A DNA stretch of 64,000 nucleotides from Mobula hypostoma (Eukaryota). How positions within the stretch are numbered: position 1 is the stretch's first letter; every line of letters starts with the position of its first letter. Made by a program: the position numbers and the translations under genes. The stretch lies in contig NC_086097.1 of NCBI RefSeq assembly GCF_963921235.1, forward strand, positions 14,446,001 through 14,510,000. The letters are read 5' to 3'. The notes below the pieces were generated by a model. The model did not search any database, was not told the origin of the DNA, and saw nothing but the letters and a program-made list of their open reading frames with translations. This document shows positions 24,368 through 36,604 of the stretch, one piece after another.

Positions 24368-26018
24368 AATGTTATTAACTCACTTCTACTGTCTGCATGA
24401 TTTTGTTCCTGCACATTGGGCGTTTGATGGTCTTCTTTTCTTAATGGGATCTATTAGATCCCTTTGTTTTGTGACTACTTGTAATCCCAAGGTTGTGTAC
24501 AGTATACACACACACTGATATTAAATATACTTTGAACTTTTGAGGAGGAACTTCACTCAGAGGGTGGTGAGAGTGTGGAACGGAAGTGGTGGATGCAGAT
24601 TTGATTTCAACATTTAAGGAAAATTTGGATAGGTACAGGGATGGGGAGGGTTATGGAGGGTGCAGGTGGATGGGACTAGGCTGATTAATAGTTTGGCATG
24701 GACTAGATGGGCCAAAGGGCATTTTTCTGTGCTGTAGTCTTCTATGACTCCATGACTTGTAGGTTGGGCAGCATCAGTGTAGAGAAAAGAACAATGCTGA
24801 TGTTTCTGGATGATAACCTACTGTGAGGAAGGTTACCAGTCTGAAAATGATTCTTTCTCACAGATGCTGCCCGACCTGCTGAGTGTTTTCGACATTCTTT
24901 GTTAGCTGTGGTAATATTATTTTGCCGCAGATTTGCACCCTGGCGTAAGTTTTTCAAAAAAAGGGGGTTTGCTAAGCAGAGTTTACGGCGTGCGTACCAG
25001 AAATATCAACCAAAATCTTTTGTGGTGCAGATGCTGTTCTTTTACTTTTTACCATTTTATTCCTCCTCTAACCCCAGATGATAAACCAAGACCAGTAATC
25101 CGCTCTGTTTAAAAGCCATCCTCTCAAGTACGAGACAGCTTGCAGACTTGTCACACAGTACAAAAGTCATCAGTAACTAAATGTTCTTAGCTACGCCGCA
25201 ATTAGGCAAAATCAATATGATGTGCCAGAAATGGTATTTTACTTTCAATAAGGCTTTCGGTTGAGTTTATTCAGAATATTTTAGCCGCCCCCAGGGGGAT
25301 TTTGCTCAGTCACAGATGGCAAATAAAGTCTTCAGCCCTAGGCTACATGGTATTATGCTAATTTTAATGTCAGATGTACTTTTATATACAGCTCTATTTA
25401 ATCACCCCATTACTCTGCATTTCCATATGAAAAGAAAGCCCTCAGCAGTTTGGGCACAGCCCCTATGCCCACGATGGCTGCCCTCCCCTTCAGCACCAAC
25501 TACTGAATCTTGCACTGGTCACTAATACCTTTCCCCATAAATGGTTCAACAATAATGACCAAAGTTGCAGCAGCCGCTTTTCCCACAAAGCCTCCAGAAT
25601 TTGCAGCAGCTCTGACACCAGCAACAAGGGAGTCGCCGGTAACCAATGTTCCAACCCCAAATAGGCCCCGTGGTTCAAATTTGCCACAGAAGACATGGCT
25701 GAGAAGATCCATTGCAGTGGATCCATTGCAGCCGATTGTTCAATACACATTAAAAGAGAAAATAATCCCAATTGTAATAACAGTGAAGTACAACCAACAG
25801 TCAATTTCTTGCAATTTTCTACAGACGTTTCTAACAGGCTGCATCACCGCTTGATATGGGCTGGGATGGTAGGGGGTGGTGGTGGGGGGGGCGGGGCTAC
25901 TGCACAGGACCAAAGTAAGCTGCAAAGAGTTGTAAACTCAGTCAGCTCCATCATGGGCTCTAGCCTCCGTCGTATCCAGGGCATCTTCAAGGAGTGATGC
26001 CTCAAAAAGGCAGCATCC

Positions 26019-28754
26019 TTTTTTCAGACGTGAAAGAGGCAGAGGAATGAAGGGTGGGGGGGGGGGGTGGCATTACCAGTCAGGGAAAATGTTACAGCAG
26101 TGCTCAGGCAGGACAGATTAGAGGGCTTGTCTACCGAGGCCATATGGGTGGAGCTGAGAAACAGGAAAGGTATGACCACATTAATGGGGTTGTATTATAG
26201 ACCACCCAATAGTAAGCCAGAATTGGAGGAGCAAATCTTCAGACAGATTGCAGACAACTGCAGAAAACATAAAGTTGTGAAAGTAGGGGATTTTAATTTT
26301 CCACATATTGATTGGGACTCCCATACTGTTAAAGGTCTAGACGGGTTAGAGTTTGTAAAATGTGTTCAGGAAAGTTTTCTAAATCAATATATAGAGGAAC
26401 CAACTAGAGAGGATGCAATATTAGATCTCCTATTAGGAAACGAGTTAGGACAGGTGACCGAAGTGTGTGTAGGGAAAACTTTGGTTCCAATGATCATAAC
26501 ACCATTAGTTTCAACTTGATCATGGATAAAGATAGATCTGGTCCTTGGGCTGAGGTTCTAAACTGGAAAAAGGCCAAATTTGAAGAAATGAGAAAGGATC
26601 TAAAAAGCGTGGATTGGGACAGGTTGTTCTCCGACAAGGATGTGATTGGTAAGTGGGAGGCCTTCAAAGGAGAAATTTTGAGACTGCAGAGTTTGTATGT
26701 TCCTGTCAGGATTAAAGGCAAAGTGAATAAGAATAAAGAACCTTGGTACTCAAGGGATATTGGAACTCTGATAAAGAAGAAGAGAGAGATGTATGCCATG
26801 TATAGGAAACAGGGAGCAAATAAAGTGCTTGAGGAGTATTAAAAAGTGCAAAAAAAAACTTAAGAAAGAAATCAGGAGGGCTAAAAGAAGACATGAGGTT
26901 GCTTTGGCAGTCAAGATGAAGGATAATCCAAAGACCTTCTACAGGTATATTAAGAGCAAAAGGATAGTAAGGGATAAAATCGATCCTCTTGAAGATCAGA
27001 GTGGTCGGCTATGTATGGAACCAAAAGAAATGGGGGAGATCTTAAATGGGTTTTTTGCGTCTGTATTTACTAAGGAAACTGGCATGGAGTCTATGGAAAT
27101 AAGGCAAACACGTAGTGAGGCCATGGAACCTATACAGATTGAAGAGGAGGAGGTGCTTGCTATCTTGAGGCAAATCAGAGTAGATAAATCCCCAGGACCT
27201 GACAGGGTATTCCCTCGGACCCTGAAGGAGACTAGTATTGAAATTGCAGGGGCCCTGGCAGATATATTTAAAATGTTGGTATCTACGGGTGAGGTGCCGG
27301 AGAATTGGAGGATAGCACATGTTGTTCCGTTGTTTAAAAAAGGCTCTAACAGTAACCTGGGAAATTCTAGGCTGGTAAATTTGATGTCGGTAGTAGGTAA
27401 TTATTGGAAGGAGTACTAAGAGATAGGATCTACAAGTATTTGGATAGACAGGGACTTATTAGGGAGAGTCAACATGGCTTTGTGCGTGGTAGGTCATGTT
27501 TACCCAATCTATTAGAGTTTTTCGAGGAGGTTAGCAGGAAAGTGGATGAAGGGAAGGCAGTGGATATTGACTACATGGACTTCAGTAAGGCCTTTGACAA
27601 GGTCCCGCATGGGAGGTTAGTTAGGAAGATTCAGTTGCTTGGTATACATGGAGAGGTAGTAAATTGGATTACACATTGGCTCAATGGAAGAAGCCAGAGA
27701 GTGGTGGTAGAGAATTGCTTCTCCGAGTGGAGGCCTGTGACTAGTGGTGTGCCACAGGGATCAGTGCTGGGTCCATTGTTATTTGTCATCTATATCAATG
27801 ATCTGGATGATAATGTGGTAAATTAGATCAGCAAATTTGCTGATGATACAAAGACTGGAGATGTAGTGGACAGTGAGGAGGGTTTTCAGAGCCTGCAGAG
27901 GGACTTGGACCAGCTGGAAAAATGGGCTGAAAAATGGCAGATGGAGTTTAATACAGACAAGTGTGAGGTATTGCACTTTGGAAGGACAAACCAAGGAAGA
28001 ACATACAAGGTAAATGGTAGGGCACTGAGGAGTGCAGTAGGACAGAAGGACCTGGGAATACAGATACAAAATTCCCTAAAAGTGGCGTCACAGGTAGATA
28101 GGGTCGCAAAGAGAGCTTTTGGTACATTGGCCTTTATAAATCGAAGTACTGAGTATAAGAGCTGGAATGTTATGGTGAGGTTGTATGAGGCATTGGTGAG
28201 GCTGAATTTGGAGTATTGTGTGCAGTTTTGGTCACCAAATTACAGGAAGAATATTAATAAGGTTGAAAGAGTGCACAGAAGGTTTACAAGGATGTTGCCG
28301 GGACTTGAGAAACTGAGTTACAGAGAAAAGTTGAATAGGTTAGGACTTTATTCCCTGCAGTGTAGAAGAATGAGGGGAGATTTGATAGAGGTATATAAAA
28401 TTATGATGGGTATAGATAGAGTGAATGCAAGCAGGCTTTTTCCACTGAGGCTAGGGGAGAAAAAAACCAGAGGTCATGGGTTTAGGGTGGGGGGGAGCTT
28501 AAAGGGAACATTGGGGGGGGGAGCTTCTTCACACAGAGAGTGTGGAAGTGTGGAATGAGCTGCCAGATGAAGTGGTAAATGCGGGCTCACTTTTAATATT
28601 TAAGAAAAACTTGGACAGGTACATGGATGAGAGGTGTATGGAGGGATATGGTCCAGGTGCAGGTCAGTGGGACTAGGCAGAAAAATGGTTCGGCACAGCC
28701 AAGAAGGGCCAAAAGGCCTGTTTCTGTGCTGTAATGTTCTAAGGTTCTATGATT
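26019..28754 (+). mobile_element. CR1 LINE ORF2 (APE endonuclease part and RT), frameshifted and 5'-truncated
   Basis: Consecutive ORFs carry [59 protein letters not shown] and KFADDTK. Possible TSD CATCC at 26014-26018 and 28755-28759 inside a Rex1/Babar-like host fragment. Confidence 0.95.
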
Positions 28755-29125
28755 CATCCACCATTAAGGACCGCCATCACCCAGGTCATGTCTCGTTCTC
28801 ATTGCTGCCATCAGGAAGGAGGTACAGCAGCCTGAAGGCACACATTCAACTATTCAGACATAGCTTCTTCCCCTCTGCCAACTGACTTCTGAATGGACAT
28901 TGAACCTACCTCACTATTTCTTTAAGATTTATTTTTGCATTACTTATTTAACTAATTCATATATATATTTACTGTAATTCACAAATTTTTTTTCTTTTAT
29001 TTTATATTGCATTGTACTGCAGCCACAAAGACAGTGAATTTCATGACACATGCCAGTGATATTAAACCTGGTTCTGAATGGAGAAAGAGTAAGTTAACGG
29101 CGTGGTATGAAGTGATGCTCCAGAG

Positions 29126-29571
29126 CAGGGATTCTTAACCTGGGGTCCACGGATAGCTTCCAGGGAGTCTGTGAACTTGGATGAGAAAAGATTTACATCT
29201 TTATTTTCACTAACCTCTAACTGAGATTTAGCATTTCCTTCAATTATGAATGTAGGCAACAAACCACATTAGTATTAAGCAGTACCTGTGACTTGGTCAC
29301 CAAAGGAAATCACAGATATTTTCAGATCTCATTACAGTTGTTAAATGTATAGTTTCGTTGTTTAATGAGTTAATAAAGAAGCACATATATTACTACATCA
29401 TGAATTTGTTTTTTTAATCTTTTGATAACTGTCTTTCAATATAATTGGTTTTGTTTGCAATCCTGTGTATTTTATTTTATATATTTAAATACATTATTCT
29501 GAGAAGGGGTCCATAGGCTTCACCGGACTGCCAAAGGGGGTCCATGGCATTAAAAAGGTTAAGAACCCCTG
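29126..29571. mobile_element. hAT (Charlie-like) non-autonomous DNA transposon
   Basis: TIRs CAGGGATTCTTAACCT / AGGTTAAGAACCCCTG; 8-bp TSD CTCCAGAG / CTCTAGAG. Confidence 0.88.
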
Positions 29572-29885
29572 CTCTAGAGGTGGAAATCGGTCTTGGATCT
29601 GATTTGGCAGACTTTTCTCACTGCTGCCATCAGGTACCAGGTACAAGAGCCTCAGGACTCGCACCACCAGGTCGCAGAACAGTTACCATCAGGCTCTTGA
29701 ACAAAAGGGGATAACTACATTCATTTAAGGACTCTTCTTATCTTGTTATTTTATGCTTGTTATTTATTTATATCCACATTTGCAGAGTTTGTTGTCCATT
29801 GATCCTGTTTACAGTTACAGTTCTATAAATTTGCTAAGTATGCCTGCAGGAAAAGAATCTCGGGGTTGTAAGTGGTGACATGCAT

Positions 29886-30421
29886 ATAGAACCATAGAAC
29901 ATTACAGCACAGAAAAAGGCCTTTTGGCCCTTCTTGGCTGTGGCGAACCATTTTTGTGCCTAGTCCCACTGATCTGCAACTGGACCATATCCCTCCATAC
30001 ACCTCTCATCCATGTACCTGTCCAAGTTTTTCTTAAATGTCAAAAGTGAGCCCACATTTACCATTTGATCTGGCAGCTCATTCCACACTCCCACCACTCT
30101 CTGTGTGAAGAAGCCCTCCTGCCAATGTTCCCTTTAAACTTTTCCCCCTTCACCCTTAACCCATGTCCTCTGGTCTTTTTCTCCCCTAGCCTCAGTGGAA
30201 AAAGCCCGCTTGCATTCACTCTATCTATATCCATCATAATTTTATATACCTCTATCAAATCTCCCCTCATTCTTCTACACTCCAGGGAATAAAGTCCTAA
30301 CCTATTCAACCTTTCTCTGTAACTGAGTTTCACAAGTCCCGGCAACATCCTTGTAAACCTTCTCTGCACTCTTTCAACCTTATAAATATCCTTCCTGTAA
30401 TTTGGTGACCAAAACTGCACA
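29886..30421 (-). mobile_element. CR1 LINE 3' fragment, same subfamily as 26019-28754
   Basis: ORF 30058..30420 QFWSPNYRKDI...RGDLIEVYKIM...TRGH with a matching 3' UTR. Confidence 0.92.
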
Positions 30422-31454
30422 CTTGATACATTTTACTTTGAACTTGGGAATTCAGAGAGATTCGAGGTTTCTTTCTGAGGTTTAATATCACCGGTATATG
30501 TCGTGAAATTTGTTTTTCTGGATAAGAGATTAATTAAATATTTCTAAACTCTACCTCCACCTTTGTGTAGAGGTGGTAAGATGGCAGTATTGGTCTCACA
30601 AGTGGGACTATGATAATGTCACCTTGCCTCTGACTCACTTCCAAGCACCACTTCCTGCCAGTAATGCAGCATCACAGAATAAGCTTGATTTAATGAAATA
30701 TACTGAGTACATCTTTGAGGGAGATCAATTTACTGGACTGCAGGGGCACCAGGGGTCGTGGCAAGCAGACACTAGATGAAGTTGAAACAAAAGATCACAG
30801 CAGGCTTGAGAGTGCTGTGCGAAAGACCAGGCTGGAGGTCTACCCTTGCTTCTATTTCTCACGTTTGCCTCTGCGCTTCACGTGTTGACTGTATAGCCGG
30901 ATGTACAGAGTCTGTGGTTACCTTTTGCTCCAAATCTTGCTCGTTTCTTCTCAAAGGGTGCGGCAAATCTTGGCAGAAGAAGAAAGGCTTCCGCTTAAAG
31001 CCCTTCTCCTAGATCGAGTAAACAGTCAGAACCTTCAGCCCTCTTTAGAGAGATCAATAAAGAGACTGGTAGAAGGATTAAAAGGGAGATGTGTCAAACT
31101 ATTTTTTTTTAACTAGAAGCTGATGTGGAGTTTACTGCCTGTGTTGTGTCACACTTTAAAAACTGCAGAGAGCTGCAGGTTTAAGGACCTGGATGATGGG
31201 ATTAGGGCAGGTTTCTGTTCTTAAATCTGAACGGACATGTTTGCTGTCCACAGTTTCGCTCAGCAGTACATTTCTAAATGAGCCGTTCTCAGGAGCATTG
31301 CTTCCAGACCTCGATCACACCAAAAAAAAAACGGAATCAGGTTTAACAACTCAGGCGTATGTCGTGAAATTAGCTGATTTGCGGCAGAAGCACTATTAGG
31401 TGCATAAAAGTATTACAAATTACAATTAAGAAATTTATGTATATAAATATACCC

Positions 31455-31775
31455 TACCAAGAGGACCATAACCTTGTCGTAGGGTTTGGAGGCTTGCATA
31501 CCTCAATGACCCAGAGAGCTATGGTGGCTGGAGTTAGAGCTTTATGCTTTGGCTGTTGGTAGGCTATCCTTTGCCAAACAGACCAAAGGTCAGAGGCCAG
31601 ACTAAGAGTGGTCCACCAGTCCTCCAGGTTCGGGGGTTCAGCTCAGGACTAACAACCCTGACCGGTCAAACAAAATTGTCACTGAAACAGCAATGAAGAA
31701 TCCTTCTGCGTTTGAGTGGCCAAGGACTGACATAGATGGAAGACTTTCATTGCCAGTGGCATAACGGGCAGTAAG
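31455..31775 (+). mobile_element. RTE-like internally deleted element
   Basis: Start accataaccttgtcgtagggtttggaggcttgc...aatgaccc resembles RTE 5' ends; (agta)n-like tail. Confidence 0.45.
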
Positions 31776-33451
31776 TAAAATAAATTAAATAAGTAGTGTG
31801 AAAAGAGAACAAAATTAGTGAAAGAGAAGCTGATAAACAGAAAGGCCAAACAGACTGAGATGAAATGCACAGACGGAGGTTCATCTGGGTTCTATGAACC
31901 ACCGGCTCAATGCCATGCTTCTAGGCTCCAGATTCCAAATGATACTACTGCTTTATATATCATCAGGTTGAGGGAGTCACTGACAAGGGCTGCATTCCCT
32001 TCCTACACACAGCTGATGGTTTAGACCAGAGGTGAGTGTATGTCTGCAGGCATGTGCAGACCAAGATCAATAGATTTCTTTCGGTAAATGTCATGAGATA
32101 ATCGGTTATGCTTTTTTTTGCAGCCATCTGAATCAGAATCAGGTTTAATATCACAGGCATATGTCGTGAAATTTGTTGTTTTGCAGCAGCAGTACGGTGC
32201 AATACATAATAATGAATAAAAGCTATAAATTACAGTAAGAAATAGAGGTAGAATATTAAATTAATTAAGTAGTGCAAGAAGAGAGCAAAAAATAGCGAGG
32301 TAGTATATATGTGTTCATTGTCCATTCAGAAATCTGACAGCCGAGGAGAAGCTTTCCGATCTGACATACAGTACATAATTGCCAAATTTTATTTGATTCC
32401 AGCTCCCGTGGAATCGTTGAAAGGAGCCAGACTAGTGCTGCCTGTTCAGAGATTGGTACGGTGCATACCCTCATCACTTTCCCTGCACTACTTATTCAGG
32501 GCAAAGGCCAGGAAAGATGCAAATCTAAAAGTTCTAGCCCAGCTTAGAAGCTCACCGATGACTGTGGCCATACCAAAGGCAAGGTAAAGTGAAGGTCTCA
32601 AAACCTGACTGGCAGATCATTTCACTCCCCGCTTGTTTCCTGCTCTGTTGGGCTTGGCCTCTACCCTTTGTGACCAATCACATTAAAACAACAACCGGCA
32701 TGTACAAGGTCAACCATATCACTAAACCAGCACCAGGCTGAATTGAACTTGCAGGCCTCAAGGCTTCCTCCTTGGGAATTTGTACAATGTGGTTGCTTTG
32801 CAAAGATAAATAGAGGTCACATCCATCTTACCTGGACAACGCTGCAAAGGCACTGTGACGAAGGTTTTCACCACTAACTTCCCATGAGATAGGTACTGTT
32901 AGACTTGCCCACGTCCACCCCCTTCATACCTCTAGATGTATGTCCCAAACTTTATCTTATGCTCTCTAGATTGTTCCAGTCTTATTTTTAAAGCAAGACT
33001 GTTATTGTTGACTGGTGCCAGGTCCCTCCCCAGTCTATAAAAGAGGAGCAAAGTTCAGCCATAGAACCTGCAGCAACCGAACAAAGAACAGGCTCTTTGG
33101 CCCATGATGTCCGTGCCAGGCATGATACAGACAAAATCATCCCCCCCTGCCTGCACGTGGCCAATCCCTGCCTGTGTAAAAGCCTCAGAACACCACTATC
33201 CTACCTACCCCACTCCCTGGACCAAACACCCTGCAGCCACACTCTCGATGTCAGCGGGAGAGGTGTGAATTTCAGAAAAGATGTCCCCTCGTTCTTCGAA
33301 AAGGTTTTGTGTGGGGAATCATTAATAAAGGTGGCAATCCCAAGACAGGACAAGGCAAATCACACCAGAGCAACTTAGAATAAAGACAGTGAGAGCTTCT
33401 TTCGATTTGAAAGACGTGTTAAAGATTACAATGGCCTCAGATAGGATAAAG

Positions 33452-33532
33452 CAAGGGTTCCCAAACTGGGGTCCATCGACACCCTTGTTTAATGGAATTG
33501 GTCCACAGCGTAAAAGCGGTTGGGAATCCTTG
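33452..33532. mobile_element. 81-bp hAT MITE
   Basis: TIRs CAAGGGTTCCCAA / TTGGGAATCCTTG; perfect 8-bp TSD GGATAAAG at 33444-33451 and 33533-33540. Confidence 0.88.
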
Positions 33533-35269
33533 GGATAAAGAGAGGGAAGCTGAACCAGGGAATGCAGATTTAAATTTTTGCTCAAAAAATATGAAAGTTA
33601 GAGGAAGACCTTCTAAACAGAAAGTAGTTATAATCTGGAACTTTGTCATGGACACTTTGCAGCCCAGCTGCAAAAGGAAGAGGGTTGAGCATGGGGCTAG
33701 TAACTCTAAAAGCAACAGAAGCTCCAAAGACTTTTATCCCTGGGAGGGGAAGGATGTTCACCTGGAAGACGTAGGAAGTCATGTGGTGAAAGCAGAAGCC
33801 ACAGGGCTGATTATTTTTTGGCCCAGAACAGCACACTCTGGTGACCCGCTGTTGGCAGCCTATGTCCCAGTCGGGGTGATGGGCTTTATGACCGGTTGGC
33901 TCAAACCACAAGGCATGGCTCATTCTAATCGGCCATAGAACAAATCCGATTCTCTGGGACAGATAGAAAACGCAATCACTGCTCATTTGAACGAGACAGA
34001 ATGTGGGTGGCTGTGGTGCACTTGACGGAATTTCAAAATGCCCCAGTGGGGAGCTCTGGTCCAAAACTTTGCTGGCATTTTCACAGGGAGCGTGTCATTC
34101 CACTTCAGTTCGCCTCTGTTGGAGCAGATGGACACAGCTCAGGTTTAGCAGCAGGCTACTACACTAAGCAACGGCACAAAGCTAAGCTTGCAGCGTGGGA
34201 CTGAAGCTGGGGGGTGGGGGAGGGACCTTTTGGTCTAGCAGAGGAAGGAACTATGACAGAACAAAATGACAGCTCTGTGTAGTGCACCCCAAGGCCCAGC
34301 AACAAGAAACCTACAGAGGAAGAGTCTTACTGTGCAGTGCTATCTCCAAATATTCCCTTTACGCACAACATGTGGCTATGTTCATTAAAGGAGACTATCC
34401 ACTACACAAGGGTAAACACTCCAAATAAGCAAAATTCTTCTACGAAATAAGTCACCGAATTTCATAAACAATTACATAGTTAGCAAGTGGTGTAACCCAC
34501 AAGCCGGAAAAGGGCAAATGAAACTCAAAAGAGAACTGCAGATGCTGGAAACCTACAACAAAAACAGAAAGTGTAGGCAATACTCAACAGGTCAGGCGCC
34601 ATTCTCTGCCTAATCTGCTGAAGAGTTCCAGAATTTTCTGTCTTTGGTCCATACTTTCACTCTGGTGGTGAAGGTAATTAGTCATACGAAACTGAAAGAA
34701 AATAGCAAGTCCTAGTGGCAGCAGACATCTGTGGAACGCTCTGCCTCAGAAGGCAGTGGATGCCAATTCTCCAGGTGCTTCAGGAAAGAGTTAGATAGAG
34801 CTCTTAAGGGTAACGGAGTCAAGAGATATGGGGAGAAGGCAGGAATGGGGTACTGATTGTGGATGATCAGCCATGTTCACAGTGAATGGTGGTGCTGGCT
34901 TGAAGGGCCGAATGGCCTATCCTGCCCCTATTGTCTATCGTCAGACAGGAAGATGACAAAATCCACTTATTCAATCAAACATCTTCCAATATTTAAACCT
35001 GTCCTCAATTCACCAAGCCTCAGCCAAGAGAAAATTGGTGGTTTGGGTGTCAAATGTCAGAATGGCTGATGAGAAGCTGCCCATGGTTTTTTAGCAGGCA
35101 ATAGTTTGGAGGAAGGGATAGAACAATATGACATACAACCCAGAAATGATACCCACCGAAGATTACCTTTTGGCAATGTGGAGCAGACCAAGTGAATTTC
35201 ATCCAATGCTGTCAGCTCTATACTCCTACTTGTAGTAATAACCAATTCTCCCAAGATAGAATTGAAGAA

Positions 35270-36010
35270 AGGCACAGTCGACGTTTCGGGCCGAGACCCT
35301 TTTTCAGGACTAACTGAAAGAAGATCTAGTAAGAGATTTGAAAGTGCGAGGGGGAGGGGCAAATCCAAAATGATAGGAGAGGATGCTCTGTCCGCCAGAG
35401 AAAGCAGGATCTCCCAGTGGCCACACATTTTAGTTCTACATCCCATTCCCATTCTGATATGTCTATCCACGGCCTCCTCTACTGTAAAGATGAAGCCACA
35501 CTCAGCTTGGAGGAACAACACCCTATATTCTGTCTGGGTAGCCTCCAACCTGATGGCATGAACATTGACTTCTCTAACTTCTGCTAATGCCCCACCTCCT
35601 CCTCGTACCCCATCCGTTATTTATTTATATACACACATTCTTTTTCTCTCTCTCCTTTTTCTCCCTCTGTCCCTCTCACTATACCCCTTGCCCATCCTCT
35701 GGGTTTTTCCCCCCCCTTCCCCCTGGGCCTCCTGTCCCATGATCCTCTCGTATCCCTTTTGCCAATCACCTGTCCAGCTCTTGGCTCCATCCCTCCCCCT
35801 CCTGTCTTCTCCTATCATTTTGGATCTCCCCCACCCCCTCCCACTTTCAAATCTCTGACTAGCTCTTCCTTCAGTTAGTCCTGACGAAGGGTCTCGGCCT
35901 GAAACGTCGACTGCACCTCTTCCTACAGATGCTGCCTGGCCTGCTGCGTTCACCAGCAACTTTGATGTGTGTTGCTTGAATTTCCAGCATCTGCAGATTT
36001 CCTCGTGTTT
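35270..36010 (+). mobile_element. 5'-truncated Penelope-like element family 1 with an inverted 5' arm
   Basis: The plus strand encodes DLPVATHFS...SDMSIHGLLYCKDEATLSLEEQHPIFCLGSLQPDGMNIDFSNF, followed by the terminal repeat. 35270-35381 is an inverted copy of about 35803-35918. 13-bp TSD TAGAATTGAAGAA at 35257-35269 and 36011-36023. Confidence 0.88.
35877..35912 (+). ncRNA. Minimal type I hammerhead ribozyme motif, intact core
   Basis: AGTC-CTGACGA-AGG GTCTCGG CCT-GAAA-CGTC-GACT; predicted cleavage after 35908. Confidence 0.75.
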
Positions 36011-36537
36011 TAGAATTGAAGAATGTTACTTTCCTTCAACAAACGCCTCTTGCACGGGCCTCAGTTAAAAGAATTTTCTGTGCTTGTAGGTACAGCTTTA
36101 TCTGCAGATTTTTATGGGGAGGGGCAAACAAAATGTAGTAACACTAGCTATAATCAGTCAGCTTTGCTTATTACTGTTAAAAATGTAAGGACCTGCGCAA
36201 TATCGAGAAAGTGGAATGAGGATTAATCCAACTATTTCCCTGGAACAGCAGCTTTGGCTTATTGAGATAAACTGGAGGGACGCAGGTGCAGACACACCCA
36301 GCCCTGAGACACTATGTAGGGTCATTTGATTCCAAACAATTGATTTATTGATCAGTATAGAATGTCTCTACAATGCTTCCCTCACCCTTCCCCTTTTCCA
36401 ACCATGATTCCCCTCGCCCTGCCCCCTTCCCACTTTCAGTCCACAATAGAGACCCATATCAGAATCAGGTTTATCATCACTAAAACATGTCATTTTTTTT
36501 TTGCAGTGGGAGTACAATGCAAAAGACAAAATTACTA

Positions 36538-36604
36538 CAGTACCATGCAAAAGTCTCAAGCACACTAGCTATATATGCGTGCCCAAGACTTCTGCACAGT
36601 ACTG
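36538..36604. mobile_element. 67-bp Tc1/mariner-type MITE
   Basis: TA-CAGTACCATGCAAAAGTCTCAAGCAC...GTGCCCAAGACTTCTGCACAGTACTG-TA. Confidence 0.8.

Larger units (their letters stand above)
22305..24750 (+). mobile_element. CR1 3' fragment split by nested insertions (CR1 parts about 22305-22567 and 24541-24750)
   Basis: CR1 sequence stops at gtttaaggggaacatga and resumes at tgaggaggaacttcactcagagggtggtgagagtgtggaa. Confidence 0.75.

Noticed and set aside
25490..25854. Pro/Ala/Thr-rich ORF as a hidden exon
   Set aside because: It shows no similarity to the BCL11B alternative exon as I recall it, the most protein-like frame is on the wrong strand, and no clear splice sites support it.
26067..28558. 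Functional reverse transcriptase gene
   Set aside because: It is 5'-truncated with several frameshifts and stops, so it is a dead CR1 copy.
33492..34064. Overlapping 148-aa and 160-aa ORFs as a novel gene or BCL11B exon 3
   Set aside because: There is no recognisable domain or BCL11B similarity, and the 148-aa ORF starts inside a MITE.
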